DNA of 64,000 bases, taken from the NCBI GenBank assembly GCA_010093815.1, contig ML996586.1, one strand, 5' to 3'. The notes under the pieces were generated by a model. It worked only from the letters and a program-made list of their open reading frames with translations. It did not search any database and was not told where the DNA came from. The translations under genes were made by a program, and so were the position numbers. This DNA is from Pseudovirgaria hyperparasitica (lineage: Eukaryota). Within the stretch, counting starts at the first letter, position 1. Each line of letters begins with the position of its first letter. Below are positions 1-12,600 of the stretch, piece by piece.

Positions 1-2403
1 TCCAAATCCGAATTTCATCGGGCGTGAGAACATTTTAAAAGCCATCGACGATGCCTTGTTACCGTCAGAATCTTCCGGCTCACCCACGGGCTCCAACATT
101 CGATATTATGCGTTGTGCGGAATGGGAGGAATAGGCAAGACAGATGTTGCTGTTGAGTTTGCGTTCTCGCGAAGAAAAAGATTCGGGGCGGTGTTCTGGC
201 TAGAGGCCGGAGGTATATCCCAGATTGCTGCAGATTTTGGTCGAGTAGCGGAGCAGCTTGGCCTTACTACCTTCGAAGAAGGGATAGACTTGGGTACAAG
301 CAAAGAGCTTGTATCTGCATGGCTCGAGAATCCCACGAGTGAAGTCAATGCACCGGGAGAGGTCAAAAATGAATCCTGGCTTCTGATATTCGACAATGCA
401 GATAACCTGGACGTCATCGCAGACTACCTACCCCATAGGGGCAATGGCTCCATTCTGATCACAACGCGTGATCCTGAAGGTAAGCACTACTACGATACCG
501 GTTCTGGATTTGATGTAGAGCCTCTATCATCGACTGAGGCCGCTAATCTTCTCTGTAAGTTGACGATCCGTGCGGAGACCGCAGAGACAGAAGACGAGCA
601 GGAAGCTTCCGTAGAAGTTGCAAAAACATTAGACGGTCTTCCTCTGGCAATGACACAGATGGCAGGCTTTATCAGACGTCGACATTTGTCCCTGAGAGAA
701 TTTGTGGATCTTTATGCAAACGATGCACGTTATGCTGAAATTCACGGCGTAAGCAACTCACTGCTGGACCATCGATACGGATTCACCCTCGCCACTGCGT
801 ACAATTTCCGAGAACTTGAAACGCCAACAATGGACATGCTCAAAGCCTTGGCGTTCTTGAATCCAGACCGTATTCGGGAGCAGATATTCCAGCACGCTTT
901 CAAGGCAAAAGACGGCAAAAAGTACAGCTGGTCGAGTCCTCCAGCGTACGAGAAGGCTCGATTTGAACTCATTTCCTCGTCGATCATCAAGAGAAATATC
1001 AACAGAAAAGAGCTTTGGATTCACCGCATCATTCAAGCCGAAGTTCGCGCTCGTATGGACGAGAATGATCGATACGAGACTTTCAAAGCTGTGATGGCTC
1101 TTCTGGTTTCACTGTGGCCACCCGGAAACCTTAGTAGCCAAGCGAGTAGACGTTGGGATCTTTGTGAAGATCTACTGCCACATTTAGAGCGCCTTTATCA
1201 AATATACACGGAGAACGCAGAAGCATGGTCTGGCTTCGACATAGATACCACTCTGCCTACACTCATGAACGAGGCTGGAATGTAAGCACTCGTTAAGCTC
1301 GGTTGGGTACCGAAATTACTAACAGAGACATCAGCTACTGCCACGAGAGAGGATTCTCCCATGAAGGCAAAGTTTATATGAATTTGGCATTTGATCTATG
1401 CAAGAGCGCCAATATTACACAGCAACCGTTGTTAGGTGACATGCATCTTACAATGACAGCATTGACCAACGAAACCAACGACGCTCAAGGCTGCCTTGAG
1501 CATAATATACACTGTCTCGCAATGCGTAAAGCTGAAGCAGAAAAAAATGGTAATCCAGATCTGAGACTTGCATTCGCCCATAGCCAGATGGGCATTGCTT
1601 ATATGATGGTTAAGAAGCCAGCAAGAGCAATAGAGTTCTTCAAGCAGTCAATTGCACTCCTCGAAGCCCTGGAAGTAGATCCTGACGAGTTTGGATTCCC
1701 TGTGTGCAATCTCGGCTGTGGCTACTGGGTACAGGGCCAACTTGAAGAAGCAGATAAGACGTTGACGGATCTAATCAAACAAAGAGAAGAGCTATGGGGG
1801 AAACTTGATAGCGTGTCTTATAAGTAAGTATGGTTCCAAGGCCTGAAGAGAAACAGCCGTTGATTCATTTAGGACTGGACGGGCATTACAGGCATTGGGG
1901 AACGTCAAAGCAGACAAAGCACGTGCACAAGAAAGAAATGGACTTACGCAAGAAGCGCAGTCACTTTGGCAAGAATCTTTCGTAATCCATTCTGATTGTC
2001 TCAAGCAATACGAGTCCACAGTCGGCAAATTCAACCATCGCACTGCAGATATTTGCCATAAGTTAGCAGAGCATCATATAAGGTTGAAAGAGCACCAGAT
2101 TGCGCAGTCAGTTTCATGATTCTATCACACTTATCACTTCGACTGATCAATTCTTGTAGGGATTACCTAGACCGAGCTCTTAGCATATGGGGCAACCGTC
2201 CATGGTTCAAGAACGAGTCGGCGCGATCATCTTTCTTACGAGGAACACATTTGTTGTCACTCGGAGACCCTGGGAGTATCAAGAAGGGCAATCATTGGTT
2301 GGCACGCGCAAAGGAGCTTCGACGTGAGATACTTCCCAATGAGAAACCACGCTCCCTTGCGATTGAAGACTTCGATGAGCTTGTTATATTTTGGTCAATC
2401 TAG
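1..2403 (+). CDS. NLR-like STAND protein, NB-ARC + C-terminal TPR repeats (5' end lies outside the window)
   Basis: FIGRE motif at window start, Walker A GMGGIGKT, Walker B WLLIFDNAD, ILITTR, GLPLA and IHRIIQ (MHD-like), followed by TPR-like helices. GT-AG introns at about 1282-1334, 1824-1872 and 2107-2159 join the ORFs in frame. Confidence 0.88.
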
Positions 2404-2521
2404 TTAGATAGCGTCGCAACACGTCGATCACAGGCAGTAATCCCTCAACAACACAATCCAATTTACTTGTAAACGGTTCGATCACCTAAGTCTATGAGCA
2501 TTATATTCATGAACACACTAG

Positions 2522-3826
2522 CTAAAAATATTCCACGAATTTCTTGCGACGCTCTTCTTCCGCCATGACTCCGAAATGTTCGACTTCTTTCTGCTTCACA
2601 TCCGCATATTGACTGAACATGCCATCTCCCAGCCAGGCACGAAGATCCTCGTCGGAGGTGTACGACAATAGTGCTGTTTGGAGTGAAACCGGCATTGAAT
2701 CTGTGATTCCGTATTCCACGAAGCGCTCTCTCGGGCCCAACGGCTCAGGATACACTTGGCAGTCCTTCCATTTGAGATCGATCCTGTCTTGAATTCCCTT
2801 CTTTCCACTTAGAAATAATGTCGCTGCGAAAAGGTAGAGATTCGCTGTGAAGTCCATGAAACGATACTCCCAATGGGTATCATCTACCTTGCGGATAGGA
2901 AACTCCCTATTCTCGGTACCCCAACCTATGTACACACCAGCTTCATCGTGTTCTGATCGAACATATCCGTCATAGTTTGCCATCCCAATTGCGCACAGTG
3001 AATGAAGCTTCGTCAGAACGCCAGCGACAAAGTGCTGCACAAGTGATGCGTCTTCAGAGAAGGATAGATGCATGTGGCATCCATTGTGAGTCCCTTGTAG
3101 CAAGGGCTTGGGGGCCATTGTTGCTTTGAGATTGTGCCTCGAAAATATAGTCCGGATGGTCTCTTGCGCAAGCAACAAGGTATCAATAGCTGCTACAGGA
3201 TCTAAGGGCGACAGCGCAATCTCGACTTGATCGTCAATCTCCGTGTGGAAATGATGCACCTGGATCCCCGACACCGATAACGCATCGAGAACTTCCTCTA
3301 ACAAGTCAAGTGTCTTGCCTCGCAAGCCTTTCGTTCGCGAGTAGCCAACGACGCGATCCATGGGCTTGTATAGATTATCGTTCTCGTCAAGCAAAACGAA
3401 CTCGATTTCGAAGCCAACTAGTATCTTGCCCATACCAACACCTGCGAAATCCTCGATTGTCTTCTGTAGCAACTTTCTTGGGCACTGGGAGAACCTTTTT
3501 TCCGGGCCTACTTGATCAACACAACACATGACGAATGCATGCTTCTGATTATATCCGCATATCCTGATTGATGACCAATCTGGGCAAAGATTCCATCGTT
3601 CAGGCTGCTCTGTCCAGCATTTTGGAGCTGTGGCAATGGGGATGATCATGCAGTTTTGTGCCAGATAGTAGGAACTTCCATTTGCAAGATCGAGCGCCCG
3701 TTGGTGAGGGACGAACCGTGTCCTAACAACTCCAGAGTAGTCTGTCCAATTCAACTGAACGATTGAGATCGATTGATGGCGGTTGAAGAATGTCTCTAGG
3801 AAATTAACATCATCTTGTCGGCTCAT
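2522..3826 (-). CDS. Glutamine synthetase-like protein (FluG C-terminal-type GS catalytic domain, stand-alone)
   Basis: 434-aa single ORF with WTDYSGVVRTR, CPR, VGFEIEF, FHTE, MAPKP, GCHMHLS, WGTENRE and WEYRFMD motifs. No amidohydrolase domain precedes it. Confidence 0.85.
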   Translation of the reverse strand: MSRQDDVNFLETFFNRHQSISIVQLNWTDYSGVVRTRFVPHQRALDLANGSSYYLAQNCMIIPIATAPKCWTEQPERWNLCPDWSSIRICGYNQKHAFVMCCVDQVGPEKRFSQCPRKLLQKTIEDFAGVGMGKILVGFEIEFVLLDENDNLYKPMDRVVGYSRTKGLRGKTLDLLEEVLDALSVSGIQVHHFHTEIDDQVEIALSPLDPVAAIDTLLLAQETIRTIFSRHNLKATMAPKPLLQGTHNGCHMHLSFSEDASLVQHFVAGVLTKLHSLCAIGMANYDGYVRSEHDEAGVYIGWGTENREFPIRKVDDTHWEYRFMDFTANLYLFAATLFLSGKKGIQDRIDLKWKDCQVYPEPLGPRERFVEYGITDSMPVSLQTALLSYTSDEDLRAWLGDGMFSQYADVKQKEVEHFGVMAEEERRKKFVEYF

Positions 3827-4464
3827 GTTGATTTGGGCGGGGTCGCTGAAGTTCTGAGTTGGCAGGTTTCAGCTTTCTAGAATCATCGGGGTGTGGTAGC
3901 AGACTGATATCGTTCTTCAAATGAGGCGCAATGATTGTGGTTTGACGCAGCCACTGTGGTTAGATTGCAAGAGTGTGATACATAGCCAAAGAAAATACAT
4001 CCATTCACGTGGAGCGCAGGTCTGCTTTGTTCATGACATGGGATAGAACTACGTCCCATTGGATGATTGGGTGGCCTTGTAACCTTAGGCACTAATTCAT
4101 GAACCACAAATTGTCAGATCAAGTGCCAATTATTAGCATCCGTCCGTAGGTTTTTTAGCGCAAGTCTTGGCACGTGTTATTCCAAAGGAATCATAAAAAG
4201 ATGCCAATGTTTTTTTGTCTAGCGCCCGCTAGCGCCCTCACCACTTCTTGCGACAAAAATTCACCTTTTACGATATAATAAATTAAGCACGCCCTTAATC
4301 GAGAATCTATCACACTCATTTCTACCTCTATTCACGATAAGTAAGCTTATATACTTTTGACTATATATAGGGCTATAGTCACGGACGAGATCGATTTATA
4401 AGCCTCTAGTATCGCGTTTAGTGGTAGATTGAAAATTCGCACGTTAGCCGTGGATTTTCCGGAA

Positions 4465-4502
4465 TGCCTTAGTGCCTTAGTGCCTTAGTGCCTTAGTGCC
4501 TT
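4465..4502. repeat. 8-bp tandem repeat (TGCCTTAG) x ~4.75
   Basis: tgccttag tgccttag tgccttag tgccttag tgcctt read directly. Confidence 0.9.
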
Positions 4503-4718
4503 GGATCTAAGACTGCACGCACTCTGCCGGGCCACCCTAGTATATAATATATATATTTTCTCTCATAAGGTAAAAAGCGCGGGTGTTACGCGCATGATGC
4601 GTGCCAAGAATTGCACTAAAAAGGTTTCGGACGGATACCGCCTAAGCAGAGCTATCGTCGTCTCGATAATAATTATGATCACAATTTCATAGCTCGATCC
4701 GCTTAGAGTCAAAGCACA

Positions 4719-6429
4719 ATGTTCTTCCGAAGACAGATGTTAGCATTACTCCGCAGACGAAATGACACTGACTGGAATAGCAATGAGGACTTCTTTCGTT
4801 ACACGCGTGGACGGTTCGTAAGCCGAGAAACAGAGCAGATGGCACAACGACACGTCAAATTTAACATGAATGAGCTCTGCGAGGCTGCTGGGAAAGCCGT
4901 TGGAAAGCAGTGCATCAGTGTTGAGAAATTCGCTGATGGGCTTTATAATAAAGCATTCCTACTCACTATGGACGACAATGACCAAGTGGTGGCGAAGGTT
5001 CCGAATCCCAATGCTGGCGTGCCACACCTCACGACCGCGAGCGAAGTGGCCACTATGGACATGGTAACGTTGACTTCGTTTGAACATCTCGTATATATGA
5101 AACTGATACGATTCAGATACGCAACATAGTAGGAACTCCAGCGCCTCGTGTAATCGCGTGGGACTCTCGTGCAGAGAATGCCGTAAACGCAGAGTACATT
5201 ATCATGGAGAAAGCCAAAGGTGTCCAGCTAGGGTCCGTGTGGCCCACGATGGACATTGACCAGAAGGGTCAAGTAATCAGAGCGATTGCGAGACATTTAC
5301 GGTCATGGTCCAAAATTTCATTCAGCCATATTGGCAGTCTGTACTATCGGAAAGACCTGCCAGCCGTCGATGAAACTACTTCAATATATATTGACGGCTT
5401 AGAGAAGCCTATCCAGAACACGAAATTTGCAATTGGACCGATTACGGGAAGAGAATGGAGCGACTCCGGTAAGCCCAGTGTCAGATGTGATAGAGGACCA
5501 TGTGAGTTAAGGCGTTTATTGGTTCATTCATGCACTTACAGGAATACGTAGGGACATCAGCAGATAGATATAGGAGAGCAATCATTGAGCGTGATCAAAA
5601 AGCGATTCAAGAACTCCCGGCTCTTCCAAGGCCGCTCTCAATGCTCTGCGGCCCAACACTTTATCAACCCACGCGAGAAAAGAAGCTCTTTGCTTGTGAA
5701 ACTGTTCTCAAGTCATTGCATCATATCTTACCCCAAAAGAGGTGGGCAAGGTCGTTCCATATGTGGCACAACGACTTGCACGGGGAGAACATCTTCGTGG
5801 ACGCAGACGATCCTACAGTGATCCTCACGATCATCGACTGGCAATCGACATTCATCGCTCCACTATTCGATCATGTCATGACCCCGGTATTCTTAAACTA
5901 TGATGGGCCGGCCGTGCAAGGCATGGAACGCCCTACGCCTCCTAAATTTCCAGAAGATATAGATGAAGACGCTAAAGCCATAATTGGGAGATTGTATGAA
6001 AATCAAGTGCTCGCTTCAGCCTATAAGCATCTGCTAAAACGTAACATCGAGCCAATTTTCGATGCTATTATGTACGAGGAGTCCACAGCTTCTGCTGTAC
6101 TGACTGCATCTCGAAATCTGTTCGAGACAGGAGAGGCACTCTGTCTAGGCTCCATCGCAGCACTCGAGGATTCTCCCGTTCAATTCTCTGGACCCATACT
6201 AGCAGACATAGAAAAGGACGCCGAACGAACGCTGGATAGTATGAACGCTATGATGGTAATTAAAGAAGCCCTTGGCTCTTTGTTCCCGGAGAAAGGAATC
6301 GTTCGACCAGAGCGATACTAAGATACAAAGGCAGCGCTCCGCCGTGTAAAAGAGCAGGTCTTTACTGATTTCTTAAGCACACCTGAAGATCGTCGGATCT
6401 GGGAAGACGTGTGGCCATTTGACGATTAA
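4719..6429 (+). pseudogene. APH/phosphotransferase-family (AIM9-like) protein with premature TAA at 6319-6321
   Basis: FFRYTRGRF, GLYNKAFLL, VVAKVPNPNAG, TASEVATM, HNDLHGENIFV and IIDWQS motifs; introns about 5064-5116 and 5502-5551. The frame continues after the TAA for 35 codons, ending WEDVWPFDD*. Confidence 0.75.
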
Positions 6430-7025
6430 AATTCTATACATAGAATAGTCTGTATAGAACAGAAGCTATCCGTGTATTATAGTGTTAGATAGTGTACCAT
6501 GATAGTTATAATAGACCTATAATAGTCTAGAATGGTCTAAGATAAGTACCATGGACATATCTTAGTAAACCTAGCCCCTTACGTAGTCGAACGCCAAGCT
6601 ACTAAGGCGGTAGTTATTCTTATAAGGGTCTAAGATTTTCTAGTTTCTTATTTATCTATGATTATATTAAAAAATTTAGTTTTATAAACATTAAGACGTT
6701 TTATAGACCTTACTACTTAATTTATTATTAGAGTTTAACCTTATTAAAAGTAATTTTATACTTATAAACTATTCTAAATAATAAAGTACTAAATATATAT
6801 AGAATACTAAACTAATAAATCAAATATACTATATAAACTATACTACTACTAATATAAGAATAGAGCTAATATATAGTAGTATAGCTAGATAGAATAATAG
6901 AGTATATTCTATTATAGAATAAATTACTACTAAGCTCTCTTAGTAGTAATTAAAGAGTATATATATAAAGTAGTACTACCTATATATTATAACTATATTT
7001 TGTTTTAATCTTTATCTAATACATT
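6430..7025. repeat. AT-rich, TpA-rich degenerate sequence, probable RIP-mutated repeat/transposon relic
   Basis: Abrupt shift to very low GC with dense TA/TAG/TAA and scarce CA/TG dinucleotides; no ORFs. Confidence 0.7.
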
Positions 7026-7335
7026 CTCGCGTGTAAAGCCGAAGCTTTTTACCACCTTGGGAGGAAATGCGGAGGTGTAGAGCCCTAGAGCTAGTCCACT
7101 AGCGGACCGGTTAATCACTTACGCCACCAAGTTTAGCGTTGGGGAACTAAAAGGGCAAGCTGGCAGCACCATGGATCCGAGGCCGCCATGCATGAAATGA
7201 CATGTGCGTTGTACTGTGTCTATCTATTATACATAGGTCAGCGTTGCGCATCCGTCGAGCGCCAATTTGCGATTTTCTCCTCCTCTAAGTAGCTTGACAT
7301 CGAACAATCAACTGCCACGACCACCAACTACCAGC

Positions 7336-7941
7336 ATGCTTTGTCTCACATCGTTGGCTGTTGTACTTGCTTTCAGCACACAGCTCGCTTTCGCAGCCGA
7401 CGCCAGCAGTGTGATTGCCAAATTATACCAGATCGGAAACGGCACAGTTCAGATCACAAATGACACCGCCGCCTTCACTGGAGGTGTGTCAGGCCTTCCA
7501 TACGCACTCCAAGTGCAACAAGACGCAGTCATTGTACATGAATACGCCGAATTTGGCACCATGGAATCCAATGCCGCTGCACCGTTTGAAGAAGCTTCCA
7601 TCGACGTTGCAGATGTGCTTTTGACTTTGTCAGATCAAGTCACAAGCACTCTGAAAGGAGTACAAGGCAAGGCGAGCACGTTTGGGGAATTAGGACCAAT
7701 TGTGCTTGCGACCCTGTACCAGTTGAGACTCGACACGAATGCTCTCGCAAATGCCACAATCGCGAAGATGACGGAGGACATTCAGGCGATTGCACCAATT
7801 GCAGTGGAGCAGCTGAACGCGGCATTCGATGGTGCGATTGCGGCTTACGGCGGGAACGGTACGTGCTACAGTGTTTGCTTTGTGATGACAAAATCGACTG
7901 ACATAATTGTAGTCCCGACAACCGGGTCCAGTAACAAGTAG
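7336..7941 (+). CDS. Secreted HsbA / cell-wall mannoprotein-like protein
   Basis: Signal peptide MLCLTSLAVVLAFSTQLAFA, Ala-rich helical body ending LNAAFDGAIAAY; probable intron 7859-7912 (GTACGT...CTGAC...TAG). Confidence 0.7.
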   Translation: MLCLTSLAVVLAFSTQLAFAADASSVIAKLYQIGNGTVQITNDTAAFTGGVSGLPYALQVQQDAVIVHEYAEFGTMESNAAAPFEEASIDVADVLLTLSDQVTSTLKGVQGKASTFGELGPIVLATLYQLRLDTNALANATIAKMTEDIQAIAPIAVEQLNAAFDGAIAAYGGNGTCYSVCFVMTKSTDIIVVPTTGSSNK

Positions 7942-8796
7942 ATATCAAAGATGTACAGGCGAGATGAATTCTTCACAGTCTCGATCATTTGAGCAGCCAA
8001 AAGGAAGTCCGCCATTTGATGCATGAATTGACGCATCATTTCATAATCCTTTATGGGATCTGGCTCGCTCATGAGACACTGTTCAATGACTCTTCGTGCT
8101 TGGCAATACCATTATTGTCCTGGAGTTTGTATGGTCTTGTTGAGATCAGCTCATACGTTAATTTCGTGGGACATTATTAAATCCGAGACGGACTTTCTGT
8201 TCAACACTGGTCAGAAACACAATGAATTGAGCTTTGTTCACCCGTGGTACTCACTGCACATCCTAAGAATAATTCACGTCTACACCTATAAGAAACTCAC
8301 CTAACCGCCCCTGTCATGTCGTGTTCAATTCTCCTTGCAGTCTAGAATAGCTTTTTTTTCTGAATATCCCACATCGGGCATGACCACTACGTCGTGTCGG
8401 CATTCAGTCAAGGCCGGTTCATTGATCGAAACACTCATGCTGATCCTGAGATCGCATACCGAAGGAATTTCTGGGAAAAGTATTCCAGCTATGATAAAAG
8501 CTTCTCACCAGGTATGGGTCAACATCGATGATTTAACATGCTTCGGAACCTCGCACTAGCTCACTATGCAACCTATTTTCCCGATTTTTGTAATGGTGAT
8601 GTAACAGATCGTACGCTCATTGGTCGAGAGCTTCATGAAGTTTTGATTGTGTGCTAATACCATTGTTCAGACCCAATTATCGACGAACAGAATCTGCCTG
8701 CATAACGAGCAAGTGTACCGTACTCGTGGCTTCAACTGTCCTACGTCGTTCATCAAGCTACGATTAAAAACAGACAGCAGCAATACATTGGTAAAG

Positions 8797-9474
8797 ATGG
8801 CTATGAACGCGGAAATAAGTACTAAACCAATGATGGAAAACAGTAATGGTAGGCCCCAGGCGTAGATTGTATTGCTTCCTGATTGAAACGGAGTGCTGAC
8901 TAGGTATAGTCGTTGGCGGTCAATTAGCACTCTTTTCCAAAGATATCCCGAATGGCTTCTTCCGTGACGGGTTTTGCAGGACGGGGCCAGAAGATGAAGG
9001 CAAACACTCTGTTGCGGCTACTATGACGGCATCATTTCTTGACTTCACAGTGAGGAGCTCTTGAGCGTAATCTCGTAATATTAAACACTCATAAATTATC
9101 GACCATCACAGTCTTCAAAGGGGAACAATCTTAAAGCAGCAGGAGTTGAACCAGGACAAAAATGGTGCCTATATGCCGATCGATGGTCAGAAGTAATGAC
9201 AGCTGCACAGGAGGGACAACTACACAAAGAAGCAGTGGCAAAGGTCAATCTTACCGCAACACACCAAGCAGCTTTGAGAACAGTCAGCTATAAGGACCTC
9301 AAGCAGTCTGCAGCGGAAGGGTTTGCACACGGGAACTGGAGACAAGAGTCGCACCACAATCCGGAAAACAATGGACGTATGACGAAGGAGCATGACAAGA
9401 TTTCGAGCCATGATCTTTCGATGGCGCCTGGGAAAGGGACTGAAGTGAAAGGCACAAGGGGTGAACGAGGATAG
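8797..9474 (+). CDS. DUF2237-family protein (three exons; start codon uncertain)
   Basis: Splicing introns 8849-8909 and 9050-9111 gives NVVGGQL...GFFRDGFCRTGPEDEGKHSVAA...FLDFTSSKGNNL...PGQKWCLYADRW...VNLTATHQAAL, matching recalled DUF2237 motifs. Confidence 0.72.
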
Positions 9475-9698
9475 TATAAGATTCAGCGTAAGGAAAATTG
9501 CGTACAATAATTTCGTACGGAAATAAAATCGGAGTCATCTCTTCGCACTCGCAATACTTTCACACCGTGGTAAGCTCTCTGTAACGACTCGAGCGTGTGA
9601 CCTTCTTATATGGGAGAAAGGCCCATAACTGTCTATATACTATGAAACTCTTAATTCCAAAGCGCGCAAGTTCTGAGAGCAAGGCTACATGCATTATA

Positions 9699-12600
9699 TC
9701 AAGCACCTAAGCTTTCCAAGCAATCACCAATTGTGACATCAAGAATTTCGGCGAAATTCTTGATACCCCTCGTAGAGTCTGTCGTGTTCTGGTCGCTAAC
9801 TTCGAGCACGCCTTCACACTTAATACCAAAGTCCAACCCACTTCCATCTCCCCTTGGCCCAATATCGACATAGAGATTTCCGTCACAAATCATTTCTACC
9901 AAACCATTGCTTACACTGTTCATATCGTCCACAGCTGACTTGCCGGACAGCTCATGTTCAGGTGCGAAGTCTGTTGGGAAGCCGATATGCAATGGCTGAA
10001 ACAATGCCTTTTCCTCCTTAGTACCAGTGTTTTCATTAGTCTCGGCATCTAGTACATCGCGTCGGAACAGAAGATTTAAGAATGCATTAAACGGCAGCCT
10101 ATCACCCTTGAAGCCCGCCCACTTCAAAACATCAATCATTCGACTCTGTTCAAATGCGGTGCGCTCGCCTAACATCTTCTGCACAGTCTTTGCTGCATCT
10201 AGTGGTCTCATTTCCATGACATTTGGTAAACCGAGAGGCAGCATATTTATGCATGGTCCGGCAATAGGACCATTGATGTCTTCGATAGATGCTGAGCGGC
10301 CATGTTGATAGAAGCCGAACAGGGGATCATGCGTCGAAGTCAAATTCGCGAGAACGCGCGCAAATGCTACGAGAACGATGTGATGAAGATTGATGTCATG
10401 CTGCCTGCATTTAGCTTCTACTTTAACGATATCAATAGGCGAGCCATGGACCAGTACGAATGTCTGCTGCTGTGCGCGTATTCCGTCCTGAATTTGGAAA
10501 ATCTGCTTCCTAGTGACGTGCGTTGACTTGCATGATCCTATCGCATGCTTCCAGAATTTCGCTTGATCGGAGTGTTTGATCTTATGGAGACTGTTGATTA
10601 CGAACTTGGAGAAAGGAACGTTATCGTCTATAGAAGCATTTCCTGCATACAAGCTTGCGAGCTCAGATATCAGGCGTGGCATACTGTAGGCGTCGTAGAG
10701 TGTATGATGTAGCATCAGCACAATGCCTTGACCATCCTTGGCAATGATATGGCGAAGACGTATGGGAGGAACGTAAAAATCCGATGGTGCTCTTACTTCT
10801 CTGTGGACTGTTTCACGTGTAGCTTCGAGGAGAGATCTGGATGGATTCTCAACCACAGAGAATGTGTTATCTTGCCACTTCGTTTCGGTATCAGCGCTCA
10901 GGACCACTTGCACGGTCCTTCCGTCCTCAGTAGCAATGATTGTCGTGCGCAGGATGGGGTTCCTCTCAATGAGCTTTAACCAAGCAATCAACAGCTTACC
11001 AGAATCCAAGGTTTCTTGTACTTTGTATGACCAGGCTGGCTCATATGTTGTCTTTCCGGATTTTAGCCACCCAGCAATATACCATTCCTGTCCAGGTAAT
11101 AGTGGCAACACATCCTCAACCTGGTCCGCTCTAACCGTAAGTATTTTCAAGGCAGCAGTCTTCAACTTGTCTGGAACAAGGTCCCTTTGTGCGACATCGT
11201 GTGTTTCAACAAGCCTTGAAGATCGAAGAGCGAATTCACAAATGCGACCCAGAGTGATTCCACCAACGATGTCAGCGGCACTGATACGCGCACCACTCTT
11301 ACGGCATTTCTGTGCGACTTGAATAGCTGCGATAGAGTCGAGACCAATAGAAAATATACTGGTTGCCAAGGTGATGGCATCCTTATGAACCTGGCATACT
11401 TCTGCCATTGCCGTCCGAATACTTTCCGCAAACTTCGATACAGCTTCGGTATCATAGTCTAAACTTTCTTCTTTCATCACTGTCAGAGGTAATTGTACCA
11501 GACCTCGAGGAACAGCAAGTATTGACCTGGCCGGGCTTTCAAGTATATCGAATAGTGCATCGTGGAAAGTATCCATCAAAGCATCGATCTGCTCGTTAGT
11601 GATGCGCGCGTTCGAGCGAGCCACCAACTGGGTCGCGTTTTGTTCGATTTCAAAGTTGAGCCGGTATTCTGAAGGCGCCAAGACTGAGTCGCCATCAATG
11701 GGCTCCCAATACTTTTCTGTTGCTTCACGGATACCCTGATCTAATTTTTGGAATGTGAATAGGCTGTCGATCAGGGGTGGTCCAGTCGGGTTACTTTGCT
11801 TGCGCCAAAGCTTCTGGACGTCGGCTAGGGACGCATGCTGGTAGTCAATGGCTTTTGTCATCGAGCTTCGAATATTACGCATCGTGGACTTGTTCAAGGC
11901 AAGTTTGTTGGCGAGTTTTATTCGAACTGGGACAGTATTGAATAACGGCCCGATGATCTGGTCTGCGGCTTCCACTGCCAAGGTCCTTCCGGCGAGGACT
12001 TGACCAAAGGTAACATCTCGTCTACCAACAAGCATGGCCAACGCTTTGCCAAATGCAAGAAGGCAAGCATCTTGTATGGTGAAGCCTTGTTCCCGACAAG
12101 TCTCCAGCATTGTGGACAGTGCTCGATCGAAGACAATTGTTCGAAGAACAGGCTTGGTAATCTCGTTGCCCACGGGGACTGGGATTCGAATGCTCTCATA
12201 GCCACGTAGGCTTGTAGCCCAGTATTGTACGGCCTCCTCTTGTCTCGCAGAAATAGCCTCGGCCGCCAGGTAGAATGGAGTTGTTCTAACGGCGACCTCG
12301 TGTTGAAGATATTCAGCAAGCTGCCGGAACATATTCACGATAGAAATACCATCATATAAACTGTGATGGAGAGATATGGACAGCAATCGCTCATTGTCCG
12401 ATTGGATGATATTTATCGCGAGTGGAGTATGATGGAAGTCGGCCTCGTCGTTAAACCTCATCTTCGATACGACACGCTCCATTTCTTCCCGTGCGTCTAG
12501 TGTTTTGGTCAAACGGACTCTAGCTACGGACTGCGAATGAACCACAGCAATCCACTGAGATACGTCTCGTTCTAGTCTGCGGAATGAAGTTCTCATTATG

